The notes below the pieces were generated by a model. It ran no database searches and was not told where the DNA came from. It worked only from the letters and a program-made list of their open reading frames with translations. This document shows, one piece after another, positions 8,686 through 18,234 of a DNA stretch of 64,000 nucleotides (the stretch's first letter is position 1; each line of letters starts with the position of its first letter). A program made the translations under genes and the position numbers. Source of the DNA: Bacteroidota bacterium. Lineage in GTDB: Bacteria; Bacteroidota; Bacteroidia; Flavobacteriales; Flavobacteriaceae. Location: assembly GCA_041163765.1 (NCBI GenBank), contig JBEAQS010000098.1, positions 2,255 to 66,254 of the forward strand, in the 5' to 3' direction.

Positions 8686-9968
8686 GGCTTGGGTTCAAAA
8701 GCGCTTAATGTTCGGGTAATGATATCGACACATTCATCTAGTTGCTCCTCGGTAATCACCAAAGGCGGGGCAAATCTAATGATATTTCCATGGGTGGGTT
8801 TGGCCAATAGTCCAGCCTTACTTAGGGCTACACATATGTTCCATGCCGTATCTCCTTCAGGATGGTCGTTGATGACAATGGCATTAAGCAAACCACGTCC
8901 GCGGACTAAACGGACAATGTTGGATCCATCTATATATCGCTGTAACGAAGACCTAAAACGCTCGCCCAACGCTCTTGCTTTTAGGGCAAGTTGCTCTTGC
9001 TCAACCACTTCTAATGCAGCTATAGCCACGGCTGCGGCTATAGGATTACCCCCAAAAGTACTGCCGTGACTACCTGGCTCAATAACATCCATCACTTCAT
9101 TCTGGGCCAATACCGCAGAAACAGGATACATGCCACCAGATAATGCCTTGCCCAACACCAATAAATCTGGCTTGACTTCAGGGGTGCCGCTGCAATGAGC
9201 CTCAACACACGTACAGCGACCACATGTAGCTAAAAGATTTCCTGTTCGCGCAATACCCGTTTGTACCTCATCGGCGATCATCAATACGCGGTGCTTGGTG
9301 CACAGCGCTCTCGCTTCAGCTAGGTATGAAGGATCCGGCACAAATACACCCGCCTCCCCTTGTATGGGCTCTACTAAAAATGCAGCGATATGTGGGTCCG
9401 ACTCCAGCACTTGAGCCAGTGCAGGGATATCGTTATACGGTATTTGGATAAACCCCTCCGTGTAGGGGCCAAAATCTTTTTGGGCTGTTGAATCGGAAGA
9501 AAAAGAGATGATGGTGGTGGTTCGACCGTGAAAATTATGGGCACAGACGATAACTTTTGCTTGATTAGCCGGAATCATTTTTACTCTATAGCCCCATCTT
9601 CTGGCTATTTTAAGGGCTGTTTCTACTGCTTCAGCACCGGTATTCATCGGCAACACCTTATCAAAACCAAATGTTTGCGTGATTTTTTGCTCGTAGACAC
9701 CCAGCTGATCATTGTAGAATGCGCGAGAGGTCAAAGCGAGTTTTTGCGCTTGATCAATCAGTGCTTGAGTGATTTTAGGATGACTATGACCTTGATTTAC
9801 TGCGGAGTACGCTGACAAAAAATCATAGTATTTTTTGCCTTCAACATCCCAAACGTAAACACCAGATCCTTCCTTAAGTACCACAGGTAGTGGGTGATAA
9901 TTATGTGCACCATAGGTTGATTCGAGCGCTATAGCTTCTTGTGAACTATTGATGGTAGTACGTGTCAT
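8682..9968 (-). CDS. rocD: ornithine--oxo-acid aminotransferase
   Basis: Class III aminotransferase with NTGAEAVE, DEVQTG, LGKALSGG and HGSTFGGNP motifs. N-terminus YGAHNYHPLPVVL is typical of OAT. Start moved to the ATG at 9968 (MTRTTIN...). Confidence 0.85.
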   Translation of the reverse strand: MTRTTINSSQEAIALESTYGAHNYHPLPVVLKEGSGVYVWDVEGKKYYDFLSAYSAVNQGHSHPKITQALIDQAQKLALTSRAFYNDQLGVYEQKITQTFGFDKVLPMNTGAEAVETALKIARRWGYRVKMIPANQAKVIVCAHNFHGRTTTIISFSSDSTAQKDFGPYTEGFIQIPYNDIPALAQVLESDPHIAAFLVEPIQGEAGVFVPDPSYLAEARALCTKHRVLMIADEVQTGIARTGNLLATCGRCTCVEAHCSGTPEVKPDLLVLGKALSGGMYPVSAVLAQNEVMDVIEPGSHGSTFGGNPIAAAVAIAALEVVEQEQLALKARALGERFRSSLQRYIDGSNIVRLVRGRGLLNAIVINDHPEGDTAWNICVALSKAGLLAKPTHGNIIRFAPPLVITEEQLDECVDIITRTLSAFEPKP

Positions 9969-10093
9969 TTCTTGTGATTGGATCCAACTTGAGACATTCC
10001 TACTTCTGTGGTGGAGAGAAATCATCCAGGGTAAATCTACAAATATTGAACATGAATTAAAACCCTTAACACAGCGCACGCGAAAAAAGATAT

Positions 10094-10101
10094 TATTTTT
10101 G
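10094..10101 (+). promoter_or_regulatory. -7 promoter box (TATTTTTG) 4 nt upstream of the rlmD ATG
   Basis: Exact TAnnTTTG, followed by GGGC and then the ATG at 10106. This geometry implies a leaderless or near-leaderless mRNA. Confidence 0.4.
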
Positions 10102-10105
10102 GGGC

Positions 10106-11518
10106 ATGCGAAAAGTAAAAACCCCGCAGACCTTCAACGAACTTCTCGTGGTGGACACTGCAGATAAAGGCCGAAGTGTGGCCAAAACCCCAGACGGCCA
10201 AGTTGTTTTCTTAGATGGCGCTGTGCCAGGAGACATAGTCCATGTGCGTACCACCAGGAAGAAAAAAAACTTTTTCGAAGGAATTGTCACAGAAATCAAA
10301 GAGCCTTCACCCTACCGAACTGAACCAAAATGCGTGCACTTTGGCGTCTGTGGGGGATGCAAATGGCAAAACATGTCATACGAAAGACAGCTCTATTTCA
10401 AAGAAAAAGAAGTAGCTCAAAACATAGAACGCATCGGGCATACACAAGCCTTGACTACGGAGCCCATTGCAGGATGTCCCACACCCTATGGGTATAGAAA
10501 TAAAATGGAGTTCTCTTTTTCCGCCCAAAGATGGCTTACTGATGCTGAAATCAAACAATCTGAAGAAATCACAGATCGCGAAGCCTTGGGATTTCATATT
10601 CCTGGGATGTGGGATAAAATACTCGACCTAAAAGAGTGTCACCTTCAACCAGAACCCTCTAACAGTATTCGACTAGCGGTTAAAGCTTATGCACTAAACA
10701 ACGGGTTGTCCTTTTACCATGTCCGTCAGCAAACTGGATTGTTGCGCAGCTTAATGATCCGCAACAACCAAGCTGGTGCCGTGATGGTGCTCTTTCAATT
10801 TTTTGAAGATAATCAAGAACAAATCAAAGGACTGCTTGATTATTTACTCGGTGCATTTCCGCAAATCGAATCCATGATGTATACCATCAACCAAAAAGCC
10901 AATGACAGTTTATACGATTGTGACTTGGTGTGCTATAACGGTCAAGACTACATTATGGAAACCATGGAAGGATTAAGCTTTAAAATTCAAGCAAAATCCT
11001 TTTATCAAACCAATCCAACTCAGGCCTATACCTTATATCAAATCGCCCGAACGATGGCTGGACTCACCGGCACGGAAGTAGTTTATGACTTGTATACAGG
11101 TACGGGTACCATAGCCCAATTTGTGGCAAAATCTGCGAAAAAAGTAATTGGCATAGAGTCGGTAGCAGATGCTGTAGCAGACGCTAGGGCCAATGCATTG
11201 CACAACCAAATAAACAATGTTCATTTTTTTGTGGGTGACATGAAGTCGTTACTTACCGAAGAGTTTGTTCGGGAACACGGAGCTTGTGATGTGCTGATTA
11301 CCGATCCGCCAAGAGCTGGAATGCATCCCGATGTGGTGGAACAAATTCTGTTGATGGCCCCTGAGAAAATTGTTTACGTCAGCTGTAATAGCGCCACCCA
11401 AGCTAGGGACATTGCTCTGCTCACTAAAAAATATCGACTTATCTCCAGTCAAGCCGTGGATATGTTTCCTCAAACACACCACGTAGAAAATGTTGTACTT
11501 TTAACCAAAATAGCGTGA
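10106..11518 (+). CDS. rlmD: 23S rRNA (uracil-5-)-methyltransferase RlmD/RumA
   Basis: TRAM N-terminus, a Fe-S cysteine motif CVHFGVCGGCKWQ, a SAM fold (DLYTGTGT) and a C-terminal VSCN..T..RD catalytic region. Confidence 0.85.
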   Translation: MRKVKTPQTFNELLVVDTADKGRSVAKTPDGQVVFLDGAVPGDIVHVRTTRKKKNFFEGIVTEIKEPSPYRTEPKCVHFGVCGGCKWQNMSYERQLYFKEKEVAQNIERIGHTQALTTEPIAGCPTPYGYRNKMEFSFSAQRWLTDAEIKQSEEITDREALGFHIPGMWDKILDLKECHLQPEPSNSIRLAVKAYALNNGLSFYHVRQQTGLLRSLMIRNNQAGAVMVLFQFFEDNQEQIKGLLDYLLGAFPQIESMMYTINQKANDSLYDCDLVCYNGQDYIMETMEGLSFKIQAKSFYQTNPTQAYTLYQIARTMAGLTGTEVVYDLYTGTGTIAQFVAKSAKKVIGIESVADAVADARANALHNQINNVHFFVGDMKSLLTEEFVREHGACDVLITDPPRAGMHPDVVEQILLMAPEKIVYVSCNSATQARDIALLTKKYRLISSQAVDMFPQTHHVENVVLLTKIA

Positions 11519-12021
11519 TGCGCCGTATAGGTTATTGGCTTTTACTGACCGTTTTTTTCATTCAAGCTGGCTGTGAAAAGGATGACATCTGCATCGCAGG
11601 TGACGCCCCGCGTTGGCACATTTCATTCAGAGACGCTACACAACCCGATCTCCCTAAGGCCCCTGAATCACTATGGATTGTCGGTGCTGACGCAACGAAA
11701 CCATTGACCGATCCTGTTCCTGGAAGTAGTGAGTCTTCTGAAATTTGGTTGCCCATCGACCCAACAAGCTCGACAACCACTTTTAACTTAATCGCCTTTG
11801 GTACTCTTGAAAATGACCAATTAACTGGATCTGTAGAACAAATCGCTATATCCTACACCACCGAACCAAAATTTTTATCCAAAGCCTGTGGGTTTACACC
11901 ACAATACTTCCAGGTTCAAGGAACATGGATGGAGCAAAGCAAATCATGGATAAAATCCGTCACCTGGACCACCACACAAATTACAGAAGATGAAAGCATA
12001 CATACGATCATCTATCACTAA
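11515..12021 (+). CDS. hypothetical lipoprotein
   Basis: Signal peptide with lipobox (LLLTVFFIQAGC). ATGA overlap with the rlmD stop. No recognisable catalytic motif. Confidence 0.5.
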   Translation: MMRRIGYWLLLTVFFIQAGCEKDDICIAGDAPRWHISFRDATQPDLPKAPESLWIVGADATKPLTDPVPGSSESSEIWLPIDPTSSTTTFNLIAFGTLENDQLTGSVEQIAISYTTEPKFLSKACGFTPQYFQVQGTWMEQSKSWIKSVTWTTTQITEDESIHTIIYH

Positions 12022-12808
12022 GTGGGTCGCTTTAATTTGGCTATCCGGCCTGTGGGCCCAGAATGCATCTGTCCAAGATTCTGTTGTGCCTAGGGAACCC
12101 TATGGATTAAGAATCGGATATGACCTGGCTAAAACATGGAGGTCGCAAACCAAAGAAGGGTATACGGGAAATGAATTCAGTGCAGATCTTCGCATTGGAG
12201 GATTCCGATACCTAGCGGTTGAGGTCGGAAGAGAAAAAATCACCTTGATGGAGGACAGCTATGTTTGGACACCCAGTGGCTCCTACCTAAAAGCAGGGCT
12301 AGATGTCAATTTTTACGACAACTGGTTCGGAATGAACAACATGATTTTTGGCGGATTTAGACTAGCACGCGCCCACTATGAAGTCAAAACAGAATCGATG
12401 ATGTGGTATGACTCAAATCGATATTGGCACCCAGATCAATATGCTGTTGCGACAGAAATACCAGACCCGGTGAGGGGGTTAAAATCACATTGGGTAGAAG
12501 CGGTTGTTGGTATAAAGGCAGAGTTGTTTAAAAACGTGTATTTGGGTGGAAGCCTTCGACTGGGCTACTTGGTATCCGCTCCAAAATCAATCAACGCGCC
12601 CAACCATTGGATTCCTGGCTTCAACACGGTAACCGATGAAGCTAGATTTGGCAGTAGTTATCAATATCAACTGAGCTATTTAGTCCCTCTCTTTGAACGT
12701 CCAAAGGTGTACCGCAAGAAAAAACCGCAATTGGAATCAGGAGGTGAAGACCCCTTTTCTGGATCCAGAAACAGGGGACAATCAGGTTTTAGAGACGGTG
12801 GGTTTTGA
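11990..12808 (+). CDS. hypothetical secreted protein, probable outer-membrane beta-barrel
   Basis: Signal peptide (WVALIWLSGLWAQ) followed by alternating aromatic/Gly-rich beta-strand-like segments (e.g. EAVVGIKAELFKNVYLGGSLRLGYLV), which reach the last quarter of the protein before a charged, Gly-rich tail. Overlaps the lipoprotein gene by 32 nt. Confidence 0.5.
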   Translation: MKAYIRSSITKWVALIWLSGLWAQNASVQDSVVPREPYGLRIGYDLAKTWRSQTKEGYTGNEFSADLRIGGFRYLAVEVGREKITLMEDSYVWTPSGSYLKAGLDVNFYDNWFGMNNMIFGGFRLARAHYEVKTESMMWYDSNRYWHPDQYAVATEIPDPVRGLKSHWVEAVVGIKAELFKNVYLGGSLRLGYLVSAPKSINAPNHWIPGFNTVTDEARFGSSYQYQLSYLVPLFERPKVYRKKKPQLESGGEDPFSGSRNRGQSGFRDGGF

Positions 12809-13036
12809 TCATTTTATTTGGCGCACACCCTTGATCAACAACCACTTCATCATCAGTTTTTTTCCTTCTTTATCGACTACAACCCCGAATTTTGGCGCCA
12901 AAATATTGGCCAAAATAGCCGCAAAAACTACGGGAAAAAGATTCTCCACCGGATACAGCCACAGCATCAAATAGCGAAATGCGAGAAATAAAAAAGTAAA
13001 TCCTACAAAATTAAAGATCAGTGCTTTGGCCTTCAT
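12809..13036 (-). CDS. small two-TM membrane protein, hypothetical
   Basis: 75 aa with two hydrophobic helices. Overlaps the 3' end of the upstream methyltransferase gene by 26 nt on the same strand. Confidence 0.45.
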   Translation of the reverse strand: MKAKALIFNFVGFTFLFLAFRYLMLWLYPVENLFPVVFAAILANILAPKFGVVVDKEGKKLMMKWLLIKGVRQIK

Positions 13037-14195
13037 GGATTTGAAATTTAGTTCGTTTACTTCCTGAATACATCGGGTAATGGACTAATCTGGACTCTAA
13101 ATGACTGTTAAACAATTTAATTTTAGCCGTGGGGCGAAGACCCACGTGTTTTAACGCCTCTAAATTGGAGGTAATCATCCAAGCATCTGTTTGTGGATAT
13201 CCTTTTTTCAACGTATCGCCAATACTCTTGTAAAATGACTCCATTTCAATGTCCAAACGTTCTCCATAAGGTGGATTAAACACCAAATGTAGCGGACCCG
13301 ACACCTCTTTTTCCGAGGTAAAAAAATTGGCTTGACGCACTTCAATAAACTCAGACAAATGGGCATTGGCCACATTGTCGATAGCTTTGTGCACCGCGGA
13401 GGGCGCTTTATCGTACCCTACCAGTTTAAACGGGTATTCTCGGGTTCTCTTTAAACTGACCTCAATAATTTTCTCCCAAAGCACTTCGTCAAAATCTGCC
13501 CATTTTTCAAAGGCAAATTCCTTGCGGTTGATGTTGGCCGGGATATTGCACGCAATCATGGCAGCCTCGACCAAAAAGGTACCTGATCCACACATAGGAT
13601 CTAAAAAAGGAGTCTGGCCTTTCCAGCCGCTGAGCAATAAAATGCCAGCTGCCAAAACCTCATTGATCGGTGCTATATTGGTTGCTGTACGGTATCCCCT
13701 TTGGTGCAATGACTTTCCAGAACTATCGAGGGAAACCGTGCACTGATTTTGTTGTATGTGTATGTTTAACCTCAAATCAGGGAATTGGAGATCTACATCT
13801 GGACGTCTCCCTGTTTTTTTTCTAAACTGATCGACAATCGCATCTTTGGCCTTTTGAGAAACAAAGAGCGAGTGGGTAAATATTTCTGAATTTAACGTTG
13901 TGTCAATGGCAAAACTCTGGTCTACATCAATGTACTGACTCCAATCAATTTCATCCATTTTACGGCTGAGGTCATCTTGGTTTTTGAGCGTAAATTGAGC
14001 GATTGGTTTCACAATCTTAATGGCAGTCCTCAGATTGAGGTTGGCTTTGTACATAAAACCTAAATCCCCCTCAAAACGCACACTGCGAATCCCTAGTTCT
14101 ACTTTTGATGCGCCGAGTTGGCGTAGTTCTTGAGCGCATATTTCTTCAAACCCGTGCAGGGTTTTCGCTACCATGGGGTAATTTTCTTGCTTCAT
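13011..14195 (-). CDS. THUMP domain class I SAM-dependent RNA methyltransferase (RlmL/COG0116-like)
   Basis: N-terminal THUMP-like region, then DPMCGSGTF (SAM motif I) and NPPYGERL (motif IV). Start set to the ATG at 14195, 18 nt downstream of a TATTTTTG box. Confidence 0.8.
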   Translation of the reverse strand: MKQENYPMVAKTLHGFEEICAQELRQLGASKVELGIRSVRFEGDLGFMYKANLNLRTAIKIVKPIAQFTLKNQDDLSRKMDEIDWSQYIDVDQSFAIDTTLNSEIFTHSLFVSQKAKDAIVDQFRKKTGRRPDVDLQFPDLRLNIHIQQNQCTVSLDSSGKSLHQRGYRTATNIAPINEVLAAGILLLSGWKGQTPFLDPMCGSGTFLVEAAMIACNIPANINRKEFAFEKWADFDEVLWEKIIEVSLKRTREYPFKLVGYDKAPSAVHKAIDNVANAHLSEFIEVRQANFFTSEKEVSGPLHLVFNPPYGERLDIEMESFYKSIGDTLKKGYPQTDAWMITSNLEALKHVGLRPTAKIKLFNSHLESRLVHYPMYSGSKRTKFQIHEGQSTDL

Positions 14196-14213
14196 CTGCT
14201 GATTATACTCCCG

Positions 14214-14245
14214 CAAAAATACATTAATTTTACCCGGCACACCAA
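14214..14245 (-). promoter_or_regulatory. Bacteroidetes-type promoter for the methyltransferase operon
   Basis: Minus strand TTG (14245-14243), N21, then TATTTTTG (14221-14214). Confidence 0.45.
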
Positions 14246-14280
14246 GAAGCGAAGTACTGCTTGGTGTCGTCAGTAGCCTT

Positions 14281-14955
14281 ATGTTGATTATTTCCCCCAT
14301 CATAGTGGTTTGGCTAGGTTATCTAGCGGTGCAAACCCGAACGACTAAATCAGGCCCCTTTATGTCATTGGGGCTTTCCTTCAGCGGGGCATTTTTGCTC
14401 TCTACACTCATTTTTGAGATGTTACCGGAGCTATTCCAGAATGAGACCCCCAAAACCGTAGGTCTTTTTTTATCCCTGGGAATCCTACTACAGCTTTCTC
14501 TGGAATATCTGTCTCAAGGGGCAGAACACGGACACACACACCACCACGGACACTCGGGAAGAGTCCCTTGGTTAGTGATCGGTAGCCTCTGTGTTCACGC
14601 ACTGTTAGAAGGCATTCCACTGGGCAGTGTAAGCGGACTTTTTTGGGGAATCTTGGTACATAAATTCACCATTGCGCTGGCGCTTTCACTCTTGCTTTTG
14701 GAGTCCAAAGTCCCCAAGTATTTGTCCTTATTGGCCATAGGACTTTTCTCCTTAATGACCCCTTTAGGCAGCTTTCTCTCCGGCCAATCCCTATGGCCTG
14801 AACACTGGAACAACTACCTAAACGCCCTGGCTGTTGGTATCTTATTGCACATAGCCACGGTGATACTTTTTGAAAGTTCTGACGGCCATCGTTTTAATTG
14901 GAGAAAATTTGCCATCATCCTAGGGGGATTTGCGCTTGGCTACTTGGTGGGATAA
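14281..14955 (+). CDS. ZIP family metal (zinc/iron) transporter
   Basis: 224 aa, multi-TM, with a His-rich loop ([10 protein letters not shown]) and a [10 protein letters not shown] motif typical of ZIP/ZupT-like permeases. Confidence 0.75.
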   Translation: MLIISPIIVVWLGYLAVQTRTTKSGPFMSLGLSFSGAFLLSTLIFEMLPELFQNETPKTVGLFLSLGILLQLSLEYLSQGAEHGHTHHHGHSGRVPWLVIGSLCVHALLEGIPLGSVSGLFWGILVHKFTIALALSLLLLESKVPKYLSLLAIGLFSLMTPLGSFLSGQSLWPEHWNNYLNALAVGILLHIATVILFESSDGHRFNWRKFAIILGGFALGYLVG

Positions 14956-14974
14956 GGACAAGGTGGTATATTTG
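14944..14974 (+). promoter_or_regulatory. promoter for the thrS-infC-rpmI-rplT operon
   Basis: TTG (14944-14946), N20, then TATATTTG (14967-14974), 19 nt upstream of the thrS ATG. Lies within the 3' end of the ZIP gene. Confidence 0.45.
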
Positions 14975-14993
14975 TCGCCCAATCCCATCATTC

Positions 14994-16940
14994 ATGATTG
15001 AAATTACTCTTCCCGATTCTAGTGTTCGTGCGTACGCACCAGGTGTAACACCTATGGATGTTGCTGCGAGCATCAGTGAAGGACTAGCGCGCAACGTGCT
15101 CTCCGCATCGTTTAACGGTCAAATTATTGAAAGCAGCACACCGCTTACGGCGTCTGGATCATTGGTGCTGTTTACCTGGAACGATAAAGAGGGGAAAAAA
15201 GCATTCTGGCACTCATCCGCACACATTTTAGCACAAGCGCTAGAGGCTTTGTACCCCGGCGTCAAATTGACTATTGGACCCGCTATTGACCAAGGTTTTT
15301 ATTACGATGTAGACCTTCCACCAGGACAAGTGATTTCCGATAAAGATTTTGAAACCATTGAGCAAAAAGCACTCGAAATAGCCAAAGGAAAACATCCGTT
15401 CTCCATGCGCGCTGTTTCCAAGGCAGATGCATTAAAAAAATACACCGCAGAAGGCAACGAGTTTAAAGTAGAGCTGATCGAGAATTTAGCGGATGGCACC
15501 ATTACCTTTTGTGACCACGATGTGTTTACCGATTTGTGTCGCGGAGGACATTTGCCGCATACTGGGTGGGTAAAAGCATTTAAAATACTCAGTGTAGCCG
15601 GTGCGTACTGGCGTGGTGATGAACAGAAAAAACAACTCACCCGTATCTATGGAATTTCATTTCCCAAGCAGAAAGACCTGACCGATTACCTAGCTCTTTT
15701 AGAGGAAGCAAAAAAAAGAGACCATAGAAAACTGGGAAAAGAACTGGAACTATTTACGTTTTCACAAAAAGTAGGACCAGGTCTTCCGCTGTGGCTGCCC
15801 AAAGGAGCTGCACTGCGCGCTCGGTTGGAAGATTTCTTAAAGCAAGCCCAGAAAAAAGCGGGTTATGAGATGGTGGTTACTCCACACATCGGTCAAAAAG
15901 AACTCTACGTCACTTCTGGTCACTATGCCAAATACGGAGCGGATAGTTTTCAACCGATTAAAACACCTAAGTTGGATGAGGAGTTTTTGTTAAAACCGAT
16001 GAACTGTCCACACCACTGTGAAATCTACAACACCAAGCCATTTAGCTACAAAGAGCTGCCCAAAAGGTATGCTGAGTTTGGGACTGTTTACCGGTACGAA
16101 CAAAGTGGAGAGTTGCACGGACTCACCAGGGTACGGGGCTTTACTCAGGATGACGCCCACATATTTTGCACCCCTGAACAGTTGGATCAAGAATTTAAAA
16201 ATGTGATTGATCTGTCGCTCTACGTGTTAAATTCACTAGGATTTGACAACTTTAGGGCCCAAGTTTCAGTCAGAGACCTCAGTCAACCTGAAAAATATAT
16301 CGGAAGCCCTGAAAACTGGGAAAAAGCAGAGCAGTCCATCATCAACGCCGCTCAAGAAAAAGGGCTGGACTATATTATAGAACCTGGTGAAGCGGCATTT
16401 TATGGACCAAAACTTGACTTTATGGTCAGCGATGCCTTAGGTAGACAATGGCAGTTGGGTACTATTCAAGTAGATTATAACTTACCAGAACGTTTTGATT
16501 TAACGTATAAGGGCAGTGACAATGAGCTACATAGACCCGTGATGATTCACCGAGCGCCATTTGGTTCTATGGAGCGATTTATCGCGCTTTTATTGGAGCA
16601 TACTGGAGGTAATTTCCCCTTGTGGCTCACACCAAATCAGGTCATGGTCTTGCCTGTGAGCGAGAAACACGAAAAATATGCGGAAAAAGTTTTAAATTCC
16701 CTAGAAAATCACGAAATTCGCGGCCTCATTGACGCTAGAAACGAGACAATTGGCAAGAAAATCCGAGAAGCGGAGATGAGCAAGGTTCCTTTCATGATTA
16801 TTGTAGGTGACCAAGAAACACAAGACCAAACCATCTCCGTGCGCAAACACGGTGGTGAATCTTTGGGAAGCATCACCCTCGAGGCTTTTGTCTCGACTAT
16901 TGACCAAGAGATAAAATCGACCTTGAAGTCGTTTAAATAG
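14994..16940 (+). CDS. thrS: threonine--tRNA ligase
   Basis: TGS N-terminus ([10 protein letters not shown]..), a second additional domain, class II core motifs ([27 protein letters not shown]) and an anticodon-binding C-terminus. Start at the ATG at 14994. Confidence 0.95.
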   Translation: MIEITLPDSSVRAYAPGVTPMDVAASISEGLARNVLSASFNGQIIESSTPLTASGSLVLFTWNDKEGKKAFWHSSAHILAQALEALYPGVKLTIGPAIDQGFYYDVDLPPGQVISDKDFETIEQKALEIAKGKHPFSMRAVSKADALKKYTAEGNEFKVELIENLADGTITFCDHDVFTDLCRGGHLPHTGWVKAFKILSVAGAYWRGDEQKKQLTRIYGISFPKQKDLTDYLALLEEAKKRDHRKLGKELELFTFSQKVGPGLPLWLPKGAALRARLEDFLKQAQKKAGYEMVVTPHIGQKELYVTSGHYAKYGADSFQPIKTPKLDEEFLLKPMNCPHHCEIYNTKPFSYKELPKRYAEFGTVYRYEQSGELHGLTRVRGFTQDDAHIFCTPEQLDQEFKNVIDLSLYVLNSLGFDNFRAQVSVRDLSQPEKYIGSPENWEKAEQSIINAAQEKGLDYIIEPGEAAFYGPKLDFMVSDALGRQWQLGTIQVDYNLPERFDLTYKGSDNELHRPVMIHRAPFGSMERFIALLLEHTGGNFPLWLTPNQVMVLPVSEKHEKYAEKVLNSLENHEIRGLIDARNETIGKKIREAEMSKVPFMIIVGDQETQDQTISVRKHGGESLGSITLEAFVSTIDQEIKSTLKSFK

Positions 16941-16964
16941 AAGTTGAACTAAATTTATTGAGCC

Positions 16965-17519
16965 ATAGCCATACGTAAACGCTTTACGCCCCAGCCCAGG
17001 AAGGAAAACAAAGACCTTCACAACATCAACCAACGCATCACCGCACCAAACGTGCGACTTGTGGGGGATAACATTGAAGTGGGCATATACACATTGAGAG
17101 ACGCCCTCCAAAAAGCAGAGGAACTCGAGCTGGATTTGGTGGAAATTTCCCCCAATGCAGCACCTCCAGTGTGCAAGATCCTAGACTACAAGAAATTCTT
17201 GTACGAGCAGAAAAAGCGGGACAAAGCCCTAAAAGCTAAGGCCACCAAAGTTGTCATCAAAGAAATCAGATTTGGTCCACAAACCGATGACCACGATTAC
17301 AACTTTAAAAAGAAACACGCAGAAAGCTTTCTAAAAGAAGGCGCCAAATTAAAGGCTTATGTGTTTTTTAAAGGACGTTCGATTATCTACAAAGACCAAG
17401 GAGAGATCTTATTGCTCAAGCTGGCTTCTGAATTGGAAGAACTTGGAAAAGTAGAACAGATGCCCAAATTAGAAGGGAAGAGAATGACCATGTTCCTCGC
17501 CCCAAAAGTAAAAAAGTAA
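16965..17519 (+). CDS. infC: translation initiation factor IF-3, probable non-canonical AUA start
   Basis: An IF3-like sequence (IRKRF...[18 protein letters not shown]) extends in frame upstream of the first GTG (17052). The frame is open from 16962 and has no ATG/GTG/TTG, so ATA at 16965 or 16971 are the candidates. Confidence 0.8.
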   Translation: MAIRKRFTPQPRKENKDLHNINQRITAPNVRLVGDNIEVGIYTLRDALQKAEELELDLVEISPNAAPPVCKILDYKKFLYEQKKRDKALKAKATKVVIKEIRFGPQTDDHDYNFKKKHAESFLKEGAKLKAYVFFKGRSIIYKDQGEILLLKLASELEELGKVEQMPKLEGKRMTMFLAPKVKK

Positions 17520-17544
17520 GTGAGTTTAACCCTAAATAAAAAAG

Positions 17545-17742
17545 ATGCCAAAAATCAAAACTAAGTCCAGCGCCAAGAAACGTTTCGTGGTGACCGGATC
17601 TGGAAAGATCAAGAGAAAGCACGCTTTTAAGAGCCACATCTTGACCAAAAAATCAAAAAAACGCAAATTGGCGTTGACACACTCAGGCTTGGTACACGAG
17701 TCTGATGTGAACAGCATCAAAGAGCAACTAGGATTAAAATAA
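17545..17742 (+). CDS. rpmI: 50S ribosomal protein L35
   Basis: 65 aa: [22 protein letters not shown]. Confidence 0.95.
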   Translation: MPKIKTKSSAKKRFVVTGSGKIKRKHAFKSHILTKKSKKRKLALTHSGLVHESDVNSIKEQLGLK

Positions 17743-17820
17743 TCCAAATCGGTAATGTCTAACCCTGGAGTCAGGCCCTAACAAGAGCAAAAGCCGCCTG
17801 CTACAAAAAAACAAACAACT

Positions 17821-18168
17821 ATGCCAAGATCAGTAAACGCCGTTGCCTCAAGAGCACGCAGAAAAAATTTCATGAAACAAGCCAAAGGTTTCTTCGGAAG
17901 AAGAAAGAACGTTTGGACTGTTGCTAAAAACGCGGTTGAAAAAGCGATGCTATACGCATACAGAGACCGCAGAAACAAGAAAAGATCATTTAGGGGGCTT
18001 TGGATCACCCGTATTAACGCTGGAGCTCGTTTGCACGGCATGTCTTACTCAGTTTTTATGGGTAAAGCTAAAGCGCACAACATCGAGTTAAACAGAAAAG
18101 TACTAGCTGATTTAGCGATGAATCACCCAGAAGCTTTTAAAGCGGTGGTGGATCAGATCAACAAATAA
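17821..18168 (+). CDS. rplT: 50S ribosomal protein L20
   Basis: 115 aa: [20 protein letters not shown], with the canonical L20 N-terminus. Confidence 0.95.
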   Translation: MPRSVNAVASRARRKNFMKQAKGFFGRRKNVWTVAKNAVEKAMLYAYRDRRNKKRSFRGLWITRINAGARLHGMSYSVFMGKAKAHNIELNRKVLADLAMNHPEAFKAVVDQINK

Positions 18169-18190
18169 AAGTCAACCTATACTCACTTTG

Positions 18191-18221
18191 AAAAAACCTG
18201 CGCCATGCGCGGGTTTTTTTT
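18191..18221 (+). terminator. intrinsic terminator after rplT
   Basis: A6-CCTGCGC-CAT-GCGCGGG-T8. Confidence 0.7.
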
Positions 18222-18234
18222 ATATCCTTGCCTC

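Noticed and set aside
8560-9069. Long antisense ORFs in the track: 8560-9069 (169 aa), 42125-42538 (137 aa), 16701-17111 (136 aa), 13366-13746 (126 aa), 23873-24238 (121 aa) and 5442-5798 (118 aa).
   Set aside because: Each lies entirely opposite a confidently identified conserved gene (nifS/rocD, E2, thrS/infC, methyltransferase, tgt, coiled-coil protein). Their low-complexity, Ser/Pro/Cys/Leu-rich composition is typical of shadow frames, and none has a motif or promoter box.
9969-10079. N-terminal extensions in ORF-track models: rocD to 10079, thrS from 14898, methyltransferase to 14303, HAD from 18205, tkt from 24976, symporter from 43931, fabH to 46552, M23 peptidase from 5779, and the kinase to 52092.
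   Set aside because: The extensions lack homology-like sequence. They overlap neighbouring genes, terminators or promoters, and are followed by an internal ATG that yields a canonical N-terminus or signal peptide.
14956-14993. Possible T-box, operator or attenuator leader upstream of thrS, and an L20-binding leader upstream of rpmI/rplT (17520-17544, 17743-17820).
   Set aside because: The leaders are only about 19 to 78 nt long, A-rich, and lack extended pairing. Only a 4-bp CCTG/CAGG hairpin is present, so nothing supports a structured regulatory element.
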